A stretch of DNA of 63,994 nt, counting the filler, from Bigelowiella natans CCMP2755 (Eukaryota; Protista; Cercozoa), in assembly GCA_000320545.1 (NCBI GenBank). It is 8 parts of 8 records of this genome, joined end to end, with 100 filler letters (N's around TTAATTAATTAA, not from the genome) between each part and the next. Parts side by side here need not be neighbours in the genome. Positions count along the whole stretch, not along the records: positions 11,308 to 14,890 come from ADNK01000835.1; positions 14,991 to 29,944 come from ADNK01003470.1; 6 more parts are not named here. One strand, given 5' to 3'. The notes under the pieces were generated by a model. That model did no database searches. It saw nothing but the letters and a program-made list of their open reading frames with translations, and had not been told where the DNA came from. The number at the start of each line of letters is the position of its first letter. The first letter of the stretch is position 1. Both the position numbers and the translations under genes were made by a program. Positions 12,010 to 25,407 of this stretch are shown piece by piece.

Positions 12010-14890
12010 GTGACCGTGGCGATGATAATATGTTCTCCTCGTGCCCGCGCTCTAGTCAAAATGATGTTCCTCCAACAAATACTGCGTCACAACTTCTCCT
12101 CCCTGCTTGTGTTGCCTCTGCTGCCGCTGCTCGTGCTACTACGTGATTAGGCTACAAAGACAGATGGAGCAGAGCCTGCTCACTGGCACATCGGCTACGA
12201 TCGCCATCGTGACTGGATTCAGTAGCGGCAGTCTTATCGCCTCCTTCCAGTTGGGAGGATTCTCGTCGCTGGCGGAGAAGGACGCACAGATTAATAATCT
12301 CCTCACTAAGTATCAGTTGTCGTCGTCGTCGTCGTCGTTGCTTACGTCGGTGTCGTTTTGTTGTCGTGCAATGACAGAACATATACGAAGTATTGGTTTA
12401 ATGTCCTTTGCACACGCACACACGCACACACACACACACGCCCACACACGCGCACACAGCATGATGTTTCTCCCCAGTCCCTCCAGCGTGTTCTCACGGT
12501 CCAACGGCTTCACCTTCCCCCCCCCGGATTCGGTGCGGATGTCCCAAGGGGACATTGTCGGCGAGGCCGGGGGCGGAGGCGGCGGTGGCGGAGGGATAGA
12601 CATCGTCGCCGTCGTCCCCGCCGTCATCGCAGGCGCGCTCTTCCTTGCCGTCGCTTGTTACGGGGTCTATTATCTCTTCATTAAGCGGAAGATGGAGGAA
12701 AGGAAGCGGCGGAAAGAGAACGAGAAAGAGGAGCACGTGGCTGTCAAGGAGATGAAAGAGGTGGGCCCAGGCGCATCGAGCCGCACTCCATCCCGCTTCC
12801 ACTCGAGGCACCCTTCCAACGCTCAATCTCTCAAAGATGCGGGAGCTGGGGCAGGGGCACATAGGAGGGGGAGCAGCTTCGGCGGCAACGGGCTGCTCGC
12901 CAGCAGGTGGGAGTAGTAGTGGGAAGAGCAGGGGGGGAGGGGGAGGGGGGTGGGGTTGGGGCTGGACACACGACATCGTCGATAGATACTGGTCTTAATC
13001 CTAGTCTCTATCCTCCTTCTCCTCCCCCCCCCTCCCTTTCTCTCTACGCACCTACAGACCGCTATCTGGTCACCATTCGAGGGCTCGGTCATCTGGTGGT
13101 GGCCTGCTCAATGGCAGCAGCAACACCCCTGACGACGGCAGCACCTCCCCGTTGCGCCCCCGGAGATCGAGCCAGGAGGCGCTGCTGGAGGAGAAGCGCC
13201 GGCGGCTATCCCACAAGCGTGCGAAGAGCATCGGACCGAAGGTGAATCGAAGGAGCAAGTCGCGGGGGGACAGCCTCGGGCTGCTTCCAGAGGAGCTCGC
13301 AGGCCTGGCTGCAAGGGCTGCGATCGACGGGAGACAGGGCAAGGAGGGCCACGTGAAAGAAGAACGCTCGCCCGCGACGACCGAACCCGCCGCTGTGGCT
13401 GCATCTCTCCGCGCCGCGGGCCGCGGCGCGGAGAAGAAGAAAGAGATTATGGGACACCGCGCCTCAAAGTCTACGTTCATTGGGGCTGGTGTTTCATCTC
13501 CTGCAACCACAACCGGCATCACCAGCGATAGCAAAAGAGGAATCATCTCGGCCAAGTCTACTCCGGCCTCGCCGAGCCGATTGCAGCGAAGCAGTGCGGC
13601 GGCTCTCAACGCGATGGCTCCCAATGCGAAAAGCTTTGATGCTGGAGCTGGTGCTGGTGCTGGTTCCGCCAGTGGTGTCAGTGGCGATGCTACTACTGCT
13701 CTGAATGATAATGATGCCGATGGCGATGGCGACAGAAAGCGCTCGCATTCTGTTTCCAGGAGGCGCAAGAAAAAGTCTCGAACGGCGAGTGTCGCTCTCG
13801 CTGCGGGGGATGTTTCAAGCCTCCTTCTTCCTCCTCCTCCTCCTACTGCTGCTGCTGCTGCTGCTGCTGCTTCCAAAGATGGAGGCAACGAGAAGGACAG
13901 AAAGAACGACACCGACGCCGACGGCACCGCCGTCAAGGAGGTACCCCTCGGAGTGCCGAGCTCGGGGGGAGGGGTACGTGCGGAACCAACAGCCCCTCCA
14001 GCCGCAGTAGGAGGATCAGCAGGCGGAGAGGCCAGAAGCGGCGCCACCTCAATGAATACAAGGAAGAAAAAATCTCGCACTTTGAGTCTTTTCGGGCGCC
14101 TGCTTCGGGCAGCAACGCCGCCGCCGCCGGAGCCATCAGCACCGCCAAAACCGTCGCCGGCGCCGCTGGGGCTCGATGAGAATCATCCGTCCCCGCCTTC
14201 CATACTCACACCCCCCTTGCGAGGAGGGAGAGGGGGCTCCCCAGTCCCCTTGACGCCCCTGGCATTGGTGAAGGAAGCGAAGAATGCGGTCTCCTCGATG
14301 AAGAAGAGGAAGAAGGTTTCGCGCACGATGAGCCTTTTCGGGCGCCTGCTGGGTGCGGCAGCTCCGACACCGAGGAAGCCATCCGCGCCGCCGGGGTCCC
14401 GTGATGAGAGCAAGATGGGTCTGAGAAGAGCAAGCTTCGACGCCAGCGTGCAGCATCGAGACGTGGCGATACACATTAGGGATCTGAAGAAGGCGGCGTC
14501 ATCATCATTAATAGGAGACGCGGCAGCGGCAGCGGCAGCAGCAGCCGCCCGGAGTGGTGGTAGAAGTCGGTCTGGCAGCTTTGACGCCTCTGCTATGGCT
14601 CTACCTGCTGGTGCTGGTGCTGCTGGTGCTGGTGGTGCTGAGATCACGCCGACAACGCCTAAGACGACGACGATGCTGGCGGCCAAAGATGCTAGAGGTA
14701 GAAGTAGCTGTAGGGGGGGCGGTAAGGGTGTTGATCCCGGGACAGCAGCAGCGATATCATCATCATCATCATCAATCCACGGGAGAAAAGTCAGCTTCGA
14801 TGCCAACTACGATGGTGGCGTTGGCGGCGGTGCTACGAGTGCTGCTGCTGTGGTGCTCCCCCCCCCGCCTACTGCCCCAAGGACTGCTGT
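11311..14890 (+). CDS. Single-pass cell-surface protein: Thr/Ala/Pro/Ser stalk, SEA-like domain, TM helix and a long disordered cytoplasmic tail (both ends truncated by gaps)
   Basis: Stalk repeats TNAPSSSPDTAAPSLSPATAAPSLSP and TFAPSTAPSSSP; motif IVTGFSSGSLIASFQL; TM helix IVAVVPAVIAGALFLAVACYGVYYLFI followed by KRK; and a 596-aa open low-complexity exon at 13152-14890. Confidence 0.65.
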
Positions 14891-14990
14891 NNNNNNNNNN
14901 NNNNNNNNNNNNNNNNNNNNNNNNNNNNNNNNNNTTAATTAATTAANNNNNNNNNNNNNNNNNNNNNNNNNNNNNNNNNNNNNNNNNNNN

Positions 14991-15022
<32 letters not shown>

Positions 15023-15070
15023 GGGGGGGTGATGCGCAATCTTAGCTTAATAAATGATTGTATATTGGAA

Positions 15071-16049
15071 GGAACGGCTACCTGGCAGATTCGATGCTAG
15101 TGTCCGTGGTATTGCAGCTTGTTTATGTCACCAAGTTTTTCTGGTGGGAGACTGGCTACTTCTGCAGTATGGACATTCAACATGACCGCGCTGGTTACTA
15201 CATTTGTTGGGGATGCTTGTGCTGGGTACGTGAATAACAGTTAAAATTTTGCAAGCAAAGCAAAGTTAAAAGCAATCTAAATGAACCATTCAAACAATCA
15301 AAAATCATATCTTGATTCATAATTCGATTATGGTAGGTGCCGTCAATCTATGCTAGCCAGGCATTTTACCTAGTTAATCACCCGTTGACGCTGGGACGGC
15401 CTCTGTCTCTCTCGATTCTATTCTTCGGCCTGCTTATGATCTACATCAACTACGACTCTGACCGGCAGCGTCAGGCATTTCGCCGCAACGTCAAGCAAAA
15501 GATTTGGGGCAAAACACCCATCAAAATCGACGCAGAATACACAACCACAGACGGTAAGTAGCAACAACTCAATCTGTGATACTACAATTGTTATTAAACA
15601 AGGTGTCCTTGGAGGATATACGGTTATACCTGTGACTTAAGAGAACGATTTTTCATTAAAACTATTTAAGTAGATGGAAGTAAATTAAAAATTACGATTT
15701 CTTGGATAACGTAACATATGGCTGTTAGATATGCTAAGGTTTGCTCATGCACGATTTTCGTGTTAAATGTTGTCGATCAGGCACAAAAAGGCAGAGCGTT
15801 CTACTGGCCTCAGGGTGGTGGGGAATGTCACGCCACTTTCACTATGTGCCTGAAATTTTAGCCGCATTTTGCTGGAGTGTCCCCGCGTTGTTCGACAACT
15901 TTATCCCATACTTTTATGTCATTTTCCTCACGATTCTTCTTGTGGATCGCGCTGATAGAGACGACGCGCGGTGTGCCAGCAAATATACAGTATATTGGGA
16001 AAAGTACTGCAAATTAGTACCCTTCAAGATCGTTCCAGGGTTATACTAA
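15071..16049 (+). CDS. DHCR7: 7-dehydrocholesterol / sterol delta-7 reductase (ERG4/ERG24 family), 3' part
   Basis: Motifs TKFFWWETGYFCSMDIQHDRAGYYICWGCLCWVP, INYDSDRQRQAFR, LLASGWWGMSRHFHYVPEI and RDDARCASKY..YWEKYCKLVPFKIVPGLY* match DWF5/DHCR7. There are three exons; the 5' part lies beyond the gap. Confidence 0.93.
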
Positions 16050-17090
16050 AGCTTAAAACAGAGGACCAGTTAGAAGAAAGTATTGAGGGGAATAATTACC
16101 TTCTTTCTGGTTACATGAAAGCACACATGCATCCATCAACCATTTTACTACACCAAGGATCATGTGTGATGTGTGACAGTGCACATGAACACATGCATCC
16201 ATATAAACTCGGTGTTCTAAGCTTTGCGTCTTGCTGCACACGAAGGCCACTAGCTCATTTGCAGGTGCCAATGCACCAATAAGCTAATGTAGACATGTCG
16301 ATCTGCACGTGTCATGCATGCAGAACGATATGGTCCAATCACAGGAGTCAGCAATGAGCATGCTAGCTTGCATGCCTTGTGTGCGCAACTGTACAACACA
16401 AAACCGATGATGAGCAAGCATGATCTGACTATAGTTAATTGCCAAGTAGCCAAATCATTCATATGCACACACGCGTGCGCACTAGCTACACGAATAAATG
16501 ACGCATTGCATCGAATGCCATGGATCGAGCAGAGGCGCACTAAATGTCAACAATGATAATCAAATATTGTTTGCTGCGCGCGAGTGCTTCTTTAGCTAGC
16601 AGCTAGCACGTCGAGAAACATTACATGGATGTGACGACATGTGCATCGGGCAAACAAAGCTACACACAGATTATACAGCTAGAACCATCATGGACACCAT
16701 GCTGCCTGCTGCACACACCATGGACTGTGGGACACGTGACGCAGCACAGCACACACATGAACATGCAGTGTGAGTGAGTTTCATAGAGTTTGACAGCTAG
16801 CACTACATCTACTAGCAACACAGACTAGAACTGTGCATCTACTGGCATATTATGCATCATCATTAGCAACATTACATGAACACTTGTATTGCGTTTTGTT
16901 CGCTAATCTTTCTGCGGTGCGCTGTCACAACGCTGCTACGATGCAAATATAAAAAGTGTGAGCCTACCAGTGAAGCAGTATAATAAGCGAATACTTATTT
17001 GATAATTACATACAAATGGCTCAGAGAACTAATTCATATGCATATCTTATGCTATGGTACCTCATATATTATTCTCCAGCAAGATTGAAT

Positions 17091-18126
17091 CTAAGGGGTG
17101 AACTTAGTTGCGGTAGCGAGGGTGAGACCGTTAACTCCGGATGGATCAGCGATGTGCTCAGCCCAGTTCTCAACAGGTCCCTTACCGGTAGAAATAGCCT
17201 GAACGTAGAATCCGAGCATGGAGAACATAGCGAGACGGCCGTTCTTGATCTCCTTAACCTTAAGTTCAGCGAAGGTATCTGGATCGTCAGCAAGTCCAAG
17301 AGGATCGAAAGCTCCACCAGGGTTGATAGCATCAAGACCTTCTCCAGCAGGACCTCCGTTCACACGGTAAGCTTCAGCTCCTCCCATAAGGATGACCTGG
17401 CAGCAAGGATAGCAGAATCGACTGAGCGTGAACAAGGGAAGGGTTTCCAAGGTAGTCAAGTCCGCCTCAGCGAAGATCTGGGATCCAGCCTTGAACCCAA
17501 ACAGGCTCAGCAATAGGAACGCCAGAGTACTTTGCAAGAAGCTCAGGAGTCACGCATCCGAGTGTTCCAAGCATAGCCCAACGAGCGTGGATTACTTCGG
17601 TCTCACGGTATGCAGCGAAGGTGGTTGGGTCAGCGGAAAGTCCCTGAGTATCCCATCCGTAGTCTCCAGGGAACTCACCAGTGAGGTAGGAAGGAACAGC
17701 TCCCTCAGAGAAAGGGCCAAGCCAGAGAGCACGGTCAGGTCCGTACCATTCCTGGCAAGCAGCACCTCCAATCTTCTGGCAGGTAACCTGCTGAGCGATC
17801 TCAGGGATGCTCATGCCGGACTTGACAAGCTTGTTGGTGATAGCACCAGTCTTAACAAGGAGGTCAGCCTTAGGGGACTGGGAGAGGATAGCACGGCCCT
17901 GCTCGACGGAGATCTTCTTAGCAGCAAGGGATTGAACACCGCGGACAGCAGAGTTGACCATGGATCCGGTGTTGCGGACAGCAACTCCAGCACCGATTTG
18001 CTCAGGCTGGGAGGAGAAGGACATGTATGCAACCCCAGCAGCGAGGGCGCAGTTCACAGCCACAGAAGCAGCGAGGTACTTCTGGGTGGAGGTCTTCTTA
18101 GGAACGTGGTAGAGAGCGGAGTCCAT
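17091..18126 (-). CDS. Light-harvesting chlorophyll a/b-binding protein (LHCII type), second copy, with four single-base indels (sequencing errors or a young pseudogene)
   Basis: Near-perfect reverse complement of 18752-19789. Indels TTTGG>TTTGGG, GAGGG>GAGG, TTCTTG>TTCTG and GCTTGCC>GCTGCC are clustered at about 17400-17500. Confidence 0.9.
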
Positions 18127-18751
18127 TGTTATTTGACTTGCAGGAGAGATGGTTTCTGATGATTTGTGTCTATTTTCGGCAAATGCTTGTACCGGCCCTG
18201 TTGTATAAGCGTTTGAACGACGACTTACTGCACAGGTGCATCGGTCGTACATGTGTAAATGCTCTTTTGACTATTTTGATGTACACTTATACTTCTACTT
18301 CTTTCAGAGTAACAACGGATGAACATAGGGGTAATTCCCTCTACGACATGAAAAAATGCAGAATTATGTACAAAAACGAATTGACCTAAAAATGTCAAGA
18401 GTTATTGCTTGTGGTTTTTGCTCTTTGCAGGCACCCCAGGCTAGAGTACTAATAATAAACAGCCTGCATTCCTTCTGATATGCAAGGAAATATTAATTCG
18501 GAACCGCAATGGCTCCTCCGCTTTTAAAGAGCAGAATCGATTCTTTTGGTTGCAGTTTCAGACTTAAACCCGCGCAGTGCTCAAGCACGGTATGGATTCA
18601 AATAGAGGGTCTTTTTCGTGTATTTGCTGTGCGATAGCGAAAGATTTAGATAATTTCCCCATATCCGCAAGAATGCTCCGATGTGTTTCTTCTTTCAGTT
18701 GTCAACCGTGCCCTAACATCAGAAACCATCTCTCCTGCAAGTCAAATAACA

Positions 18752-19789
18752 ATGGACTCCGCTCTCTACCACGTTCCTAAGAAGACCTCCACCCAGAAGT
18801 ACCTCGCTGCTTCTGTGGCTGTGAACTGCGCCCTCGCTGCTGGGGTTGCATACATGTCCTTCTCCTCCCAGCCTGAGCAAATCGGTGCTGGAGTTGCTGT
18901 CCGCAACACCGGATCCATGGTCAACTCTGCTGTCCGCGGTGTTCAATCCCTTGCTGCTAAGAAGATCTCCGTCGAGCAGGGCCGTGCTATCCTCTCCCAG
19001 TCCCCTAAGGCTGACCTCCTTGTTAAGACTGGTGCTATCACCAACAAGCTTGTCAAGTCCGGCATGAGCATCCCTGAGATCGCTCAGCAGGTTACCTGCC
19101 AGAAGATTGGAGGTGCTGCTTGCCAGGAATGGTACGGACCTGACCGTGCTCTCTGGCTTGGCCCTTTCTCTGAGGGAGCTGTTCCTTCCTACCTCACTGG
19201 TGAGTTCCCTGGAGACTACGGATGGGATACTCAGGGACTTTCCGCTGACCCAACCACCTTCGCTGCATACCGTGAGACCGAAGTAATCCACGCTCGTTGG
19301 GCTATGCTTGGAACACTCGGATGCGTGACTCCTGAGCTTCTTGCAAAGTACTCTGGCGTTCCTATTGCTGAGCCTGTTTGGTTCAAGGCTGGATCCCAGA
19401 TCTTCGCTGAGGGCGGACTTGACTACCTTGGAAACCCTTCCCTTGTTCACGCTCAGTCGATTCTTGCTATCCTTGCTTGCCAGGTCATCCTTATGGGAGG
19501 AGCTGAAGCTTACCGTGTGAACGGAGGTCCTGCTGGAGAAGGTCTTGATGCTATCAACCCTGGTGGAGCTTTCGATCCTCTTGGACTTGCTGACGATCCA
19601 GATACCTTCGCTGAACTAAAGGTTAAGGAGATCAAGAACGGCCGTCTCGCTATGTTCTCCATGCTCGGATTCTACGTTCAGGCTATTTCTACCGGTAAGG
19701 GACCTGTTGAGAACTGGGCTGAGCACATCGCTGATCCATCCGGAGTTAACGGTCTCACCCTCGCTACCGCAACTAAGTTCACCCCTTAG
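18752..19789 (+). CDS. Light-harvesting chlorophyll a/b-binding protein (LHCII/Lhcbm type), intronless, with a bipartite presequence of about 125 aa
   Basis: Motifs [34 protein letters not shown]-like ([14 protein letters not shown]), WFKAGSQIF and [29 protein letters not shown] hydrophobic N-terminal signal ([18 protein letters not shown]) is followed by a transit-like region. Confidence 0.97.
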   Translation: MDSALYHVPKKTSTQKYLAASVAVNCALAAGVAYMSFSSQPEQIGAGVAVRNTGSMVNSAVRGVQSLAAKKISVEQGRAILSQSPKADLLVKTGAITNKLVKSGMSIPEIAQQVTCQKIGGAACQEWYGPDRALWLGPFSEGAVPSYLTGEFPGDYGWDTQGLSADPTTFAAYRETEVIHARWAMLGTLGCVTPELLAKYSGVPIAEPVWFKAGSQIFAEGGLDYLGNPSLVHAQSILAILACQVILMGGAEAYRVNGGPAGEGLDAINPGGAFDPLGLADDPDTFAELKVKEIKNGRLAMFSMLGFYVQAISTGKGPVENWAEHIADPSGVNGLTLATATKFTP

Positions 19790-20618
19790 GTTTGCATTGA
19801 GATATATTACATATTGTGACAAAGAAGGTTATTCTATCCCGGTATGACGGCATGATACGACCATATTCTTACGGATATAACTGGGAAAAGTAATATTCAA
19901 TAATCGCCTACTCGACGAGTACAGAGATATTTCACCTTTTTCAAAGGTGTATACTCCATGCATCGCCATAAGCAATTTTGAAACACATAGAAAAAATATA
20001 CCTAAATATAATACATAAATGTATGTTTGTGCGAATATGAGTATTGGCTATGTTATTTAGATGTACATGCATGTAGTGCACATAGCGATGAGCTCTACAG
20101 TGCTCTATCTGCGTTCTACACAAGCTAGCAAGCCATCTGGTGATGACGGCACGCAGACAGAGTGTGAGCTCGCTAGCTCCTGTATAGGGACATATATGTC
20201 CATATACATATGTCCATGTACATGCTAGCATGGCGGTAGCAGTGCATGTGCAGCGGCGTTGATAGATCTAGAGCTAGATGTGCGCACGTACTACGTACAC
20301 GTACACACATGCAGTTGAGCTATTCACACATCTAGGCATAGCTCAATCAATGCAGCAATCGTAGCAGCAATGCGCAGACAAGACGCTCGTGTAGCACATG
20401 TCTAGATGTGGTGATGATCGCCTGTACGTGACCATCTAACAGCATGCCACAACTTGCTAGCTTGTTGCAATCGATCACATACACTGTGTACGATGTACGG
20501 ATAAGCTAGCTAGCAAGCATGGACGCCTCATGATGTTGCGAGATGTGAATTGACTAGTTGTCACTAAATCTTGTACGTACCAACAAGCTTCATGGAACAT
20601 GCGGTTTTCGATGCAGTG

Positions 20619-21253
20619 CTACTTGGCATGCGGTAGCAATTTGGACAGCGCATCTTCCATTTCGCGTAAGATCTTCCGTCTATGGAACTTGTTCTGTATT
20701 TGAAATTCAGTCTGAAGATCCTGGTCCGTAATGTCCTTCATAGTGGATTATCACAACATGTTACCGCAGTTGTAATAAAATACATCTTCACAGCGTACTG
20801 TACGAGGACGAGTGGAGATTGTCTACCATTTGTGAATAATGTCCCAACGAAAAATCTTTGAGGAATTTTGTGGAGAATGTTGCTGAATAGTTCCAGTGTG
20901 CGAGTAATTGATTTTCTCTATTTCAATCATCACCACTCTACTACAGTTTGCTTGACTACTACTACTATTGCTACAATGGAAAAATCATCAAATAGTTCTA
21001 CTAATCATTTGAAATGAAGATGTTAATAATACCTTTAGATCCGACGGCGATTCGATGTAGTTTTTCCTGAACACGTCTACATACCTTCACGGATAACAGT
21101 CGATATGAGCAGACGTACTAATTATGTGCCTTCGCATTTTTCTTAAGATATCGTATCCGAATAAACGCAAAACTTTGTATAATATTTCAACAACGTAACT
21201 AAATATTTATATTAAAATAAACACACACACATATACATTTATATATAATTGAA

Positions 21254-21293
<40 letters not shown>

Positions 21294-21514
21294 TATTCCA
21301 CATTTAGCAATTTGGTATAGTTAGAAAAGAAGAGAGAATAAGATGGAAACATATATTTTTATCATCAATGTGATTCTATTACTCTAAAAGAGGCGGTGAG
21401 AACGACCCTAACCACTTTCTCGCCCAAGATGACTCATCTGCCAATGTTGTACTACTATTATGCTTGCTTTAAACACAAAACGCACTTCACATGCCGAATA
21501 GGAAGAATAACAGA

Positions 21515-21570
<56 letters not shown>

Positions 21571-24113
21571 TGAGTTCATTCTCACCAGGGCCCTTCTTCT
21601 CTCCCCCCTTTGCAGTGTTACTTCGTTTTCTAGAGAACATAAGCAAATCAGGAGCATAAGAAATGAATACTAATTCAGTCTAGCCAGTCGCCGAATAATT
21701 CAAAATAATCGCTACTGCAACTGCTACTACTACTACTACTATAGGCACCTTGATATCCTTGAATTTGACGACGATGACCTTGATGGTATAGGTAGTATAT
21801 TGATGGAATGATGGATGGATGTAAGGACGGATAGTTGCAGCACCACACAAATAATTCACTAATATTACTAGTAGCATCATAGTAGCATTAGGTAAAGAAG
21901 GAGACTAGAGCAGAGAATAACGACAACAAGCAACACCAAATGTAGTAGTATCTCTGCTTTGTTCTCTCTCCTCCCTCCCTCCTCCTTTCTACACAACACG
22001 GCCATCATGCTTATCTTTATCATCATCATTATCACCTCATTGTACTTAATAATAGAAATAATAATAATATGAGAGAGGTTGGTAAGAGCTAAGAATGATG
22101 CTGTTGGTGGTACTGTGTTGTTTGACCTTGACGGTGTAGCAGCAGTAGGAGGAGGTGCAGTAGCCTTCTTCTTATTCGTAGGCATTTGCGTAGGTGCTGC
22201 AATAAGAATTTGTTTCTTTTCTTCTTCTACTCGTCTTCTTCCTTCTGTTGGTTCAGCTTGTGCTGCTGCTGCTGCTGACCTCAGCTTTGAGGTATTCTCT
22301 TCCTCCTCCTCCTTCCCCTCTTTCTGCTGCTGTTGTTTTGGATATGTTCTTTCATTTCGCTGCTGTTTCTGCTTTGTGGGCGATGCTGCTTCTGTCGTCG
22401 TTGTTGTAGCTTTCTTCTTATTCTTACTACTAGTATTCTTTTTTGGGGTTTTACTGATACTCCCCCTCCTCCTCGTCCTCATCACCCCTTCTTCTTCTTC
22501 TTTTTCTTCATTTTCCTTTCTTCTCAATTTCTCAAGCTTTTCCTCGGTAGTGCCGCCATCGCTACTTGCAGCAAATGTGTCGTCGCCGTCATCGAAGTTA
22601 TCAGGTAGTAGTACTGTGGGGGCTGACACCTGCTGCACTTCTCCTGGTAATGGTGACTTCTTTTTAAGGACCCACATCGGAGCAGGAGGGGGCAGCTTGC
22701 GGTCAATAATATCTCTATTGTATTTTTTCCATGAGGCTATTGTCTGTGATGGATGGGGGGTGGAGGGAGCGATGATATGATGTGTTGATTCGTTAGAGCT
22801 ATGAGGAGGAGAAGAAGAGGAGGAGGCAAAGAGGAGAGGGGGGGGGGGAGGACCTTGTTCTTTTCTTCTGGAAAAAGCATAAGGTAATGCTGCCATGAGA
22901 TCTGTGGTTTCCCTGTCTTTTTTCTATACCCCAACTTGCTCTAAAGAAGAAGAAGAAGAAGAAGAAGAAGAAGAAAATGATGATGATGCAGAAAGTATTA
23001 AGAAGCAAACAAACACAACGCTCCTCCGCCTCCTCCTCCTCCTCCTCCTCCTACAATTGTTACGCAATCAATATGAATAACATCTCTCCGTCTGGGGTTC
23101 CTTCCCAAGTAGTCCTTTTTGTTCTCCACTTTCTGATTCTTATGAGTAGCCTTCTTCTGTTCTCTTTCTACTTCTCTACTCACTGGGGCTATGTGTCCGT
23201 TGAGCTCTGGCTCTGGGCGGTATGGTACTCGCTCTGTTCCAAGATACGTTGCCTGGTAGTAGTAGTAGTAGTAGTAGTAGTAGTAATAGTAGGAGGAGTG
23301 GTAGTGAAACATGTTAATAGAATGCATAACAACCCAACCACTTGAAGGAGGATAATCCTCTCTTTCTTCTTCCTTCTTTTTCTTTGCGCACATTTGAGTA
23401 TTATCGGAGAACTTTAATCAAACTCAATATCCCTGCCCACCCCAACCACACTCTGTGTGATCAGATGTCTATGTGAAGACAGCAATACCGGTGGGGGTGT
23501 TGGGAGAACTGAAGGTCTTGCCGGTGCTACCTGTGCAGAACGTCATCAAGCAAATTTATAACTAGAAGATATATCACCAATGATTATATCGTTTTTATTG
23601 ACGACGACGACGACGACGCATGAACAGTGCGCGCGCGCGCGCGCACACACACACCCACACACGCACACACTGTTGTCGGTAGTAGATACCCCTAATGCGC
23701 CCATTGCGGAGGCATAGTTTCTCTCATTGCCGGGTTGTCCTGGACGACAGCTCAAATAAGCACGTACCCTCACACTTGTTCTCAAAAAATATTAGCTACA
23801 AAGGAATGTAGTGTTGATAGATGCGAAACATCTTATTACAGTACCTCTATTGAAGTTGGATATACTTCGAATATGCTCTGGCTTAGCATTTTTTACCTTG
23901 ATTCCTGATGATTAAGCACCAGTCACATGATCATGAGCAATGAGGAGATGGATTGAAGAGCAAGGTGTTGGTAATACCAAACAGAAATGACGATGAGTGT
24001 TGATGATGATGATACAAAAAATGCAAGTACCTGCAATATGCGCTCTCCTAGCCGTTGAAGTATTGCTACAACCACCTATCCATTTTTACACATGAACACA
24101 CACTCACACACCC

Positions 24114-24167
<54 letters not shown>

Positions 24168-24958
24168 GTGTGTGTGTGTGTGTGTTCCCCTATTATGGGT
24201 TGTAATATATCACCACAACATACTCATTCGTTCATCCGTGTATTGTGATGGAAATAATGTAGATACTACTTCCATTGTAGCTTACATGCAACAGAGCTTT
24301 TCATCATATAGCTCCGATAATACAACAATCCCTTGCTGCTGCAACAACTAACTAACTACAATTCGTAAATTCTAAATCACCGTGTACGTATTTGTAGTTT
24401 TGCTGTATTGGCACGATTCACAGTCGAACCATCGGTTTGTTGGCTAATGGACGGTGTTCAAATGGCAGAGATGGAGGAAGGGGAGGATGGAAAGAGAGGA
24501 GGGTGGATCTAATGAACGATAATAATTGACTTACTTCGGTCGCTTATGGAAAATAAGTATATTATATATTGCTTAGCAAATGATGTCTTCGCTTTTCATC
24601 AACTACCTTTCCGCCCTTGAGTGCTTGAATCTGGAATATCTGCTGATCTCTTTCCGACGCAGGACCCTGAGAGCAGAAACAGCAGCAGCAGCAGGAGGAG
24701 GAGGAGGAGGAGCACATAATCACATCCGAAGAACGAGCAATTAGTATCCTTGTCAGGGAGATATTACTCCACCAACGAAGTATCATTCAACCTTACCCTG
24801 ATTGGAAATCCGTCATTAAAGCTAATCTCTTTATAGTTGGCGCTTTTTTTGGTCCTTGCCCTCGTTTGCCGCAAGTTTCTCCCCCCTCCTCCAGTCGCTT
24901 CGAGCCATAGAAGCAGACTGGAAGAAATGGCGGCCACAACGCCAATCCTGCAACTCAT
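20619..24958 (-). CDS. Multi-exon protein with an N-terminal signal-like peptide, a low-complexity middle and a C-terminal SAM domain
   Basis: The last exons splice to ARKWLGSFSPPLLE|YVDVFRKNYIESPSDLK|DITDQDLQTEFQIQNKFHRRKILREMEDAL*, matching the SAM consensus (WL....L..Y...F....I.....L..lt..DL...gI...gHR.KIL). The start reads MSCRIGVVAAISSSLLLWL. Internal exon structure is uncertain. Confidence 0.6.
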
Positions 24959-25407
24959 ATGCGATAATTTAGGATCGAATGATTGAAAAAAAATTATCTT
25001 AAAAGCGTTTCAGCCCACAGCTTCACAGGCCAAATGCGCATGTAAATGCAAGTGCAAACCTGCGACAGATTGGAGGGGCCATTGTCCTCCGCCGACGACC
25101 GATGATAATGAGGTACCAGCGGGTAATAATATTTCTAAACAGAAACAAAGGTGAGATCACAAGGAAGTCGTCTCCGGAAATTGAAAAACTCGAATTATAT
25201 GTCTACATTCATCTTTTTCGAAATATGTATGTTATCATTCTCCTACGACAAATTGGATGAGGAATATTAGACCATAAAAGAAAGGCATTCACTCTTTTCT
25301 TCAATTCAGATTTTAAGATTTCATTAAATCCAACGGCTCTGAGGAAGTGAAGTGGAGGAAGGAAGAAGAGGAGAAGTAATCCCCTCCCTCAAGGTCGTGT
25401 ATTCAAG

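Noticed and set aside
13070-14806. Minus-strand ORFs of 336 and 207 aa
   Set aside because: They are antisense to a GC-rich low-complexity plus-strand exon.
17428-19450. Long antisense ORFs (243 aa) over both LHC genes
   Set aside because: These are shadow ORFs caused by strong codon bias in the LHC sense frame.
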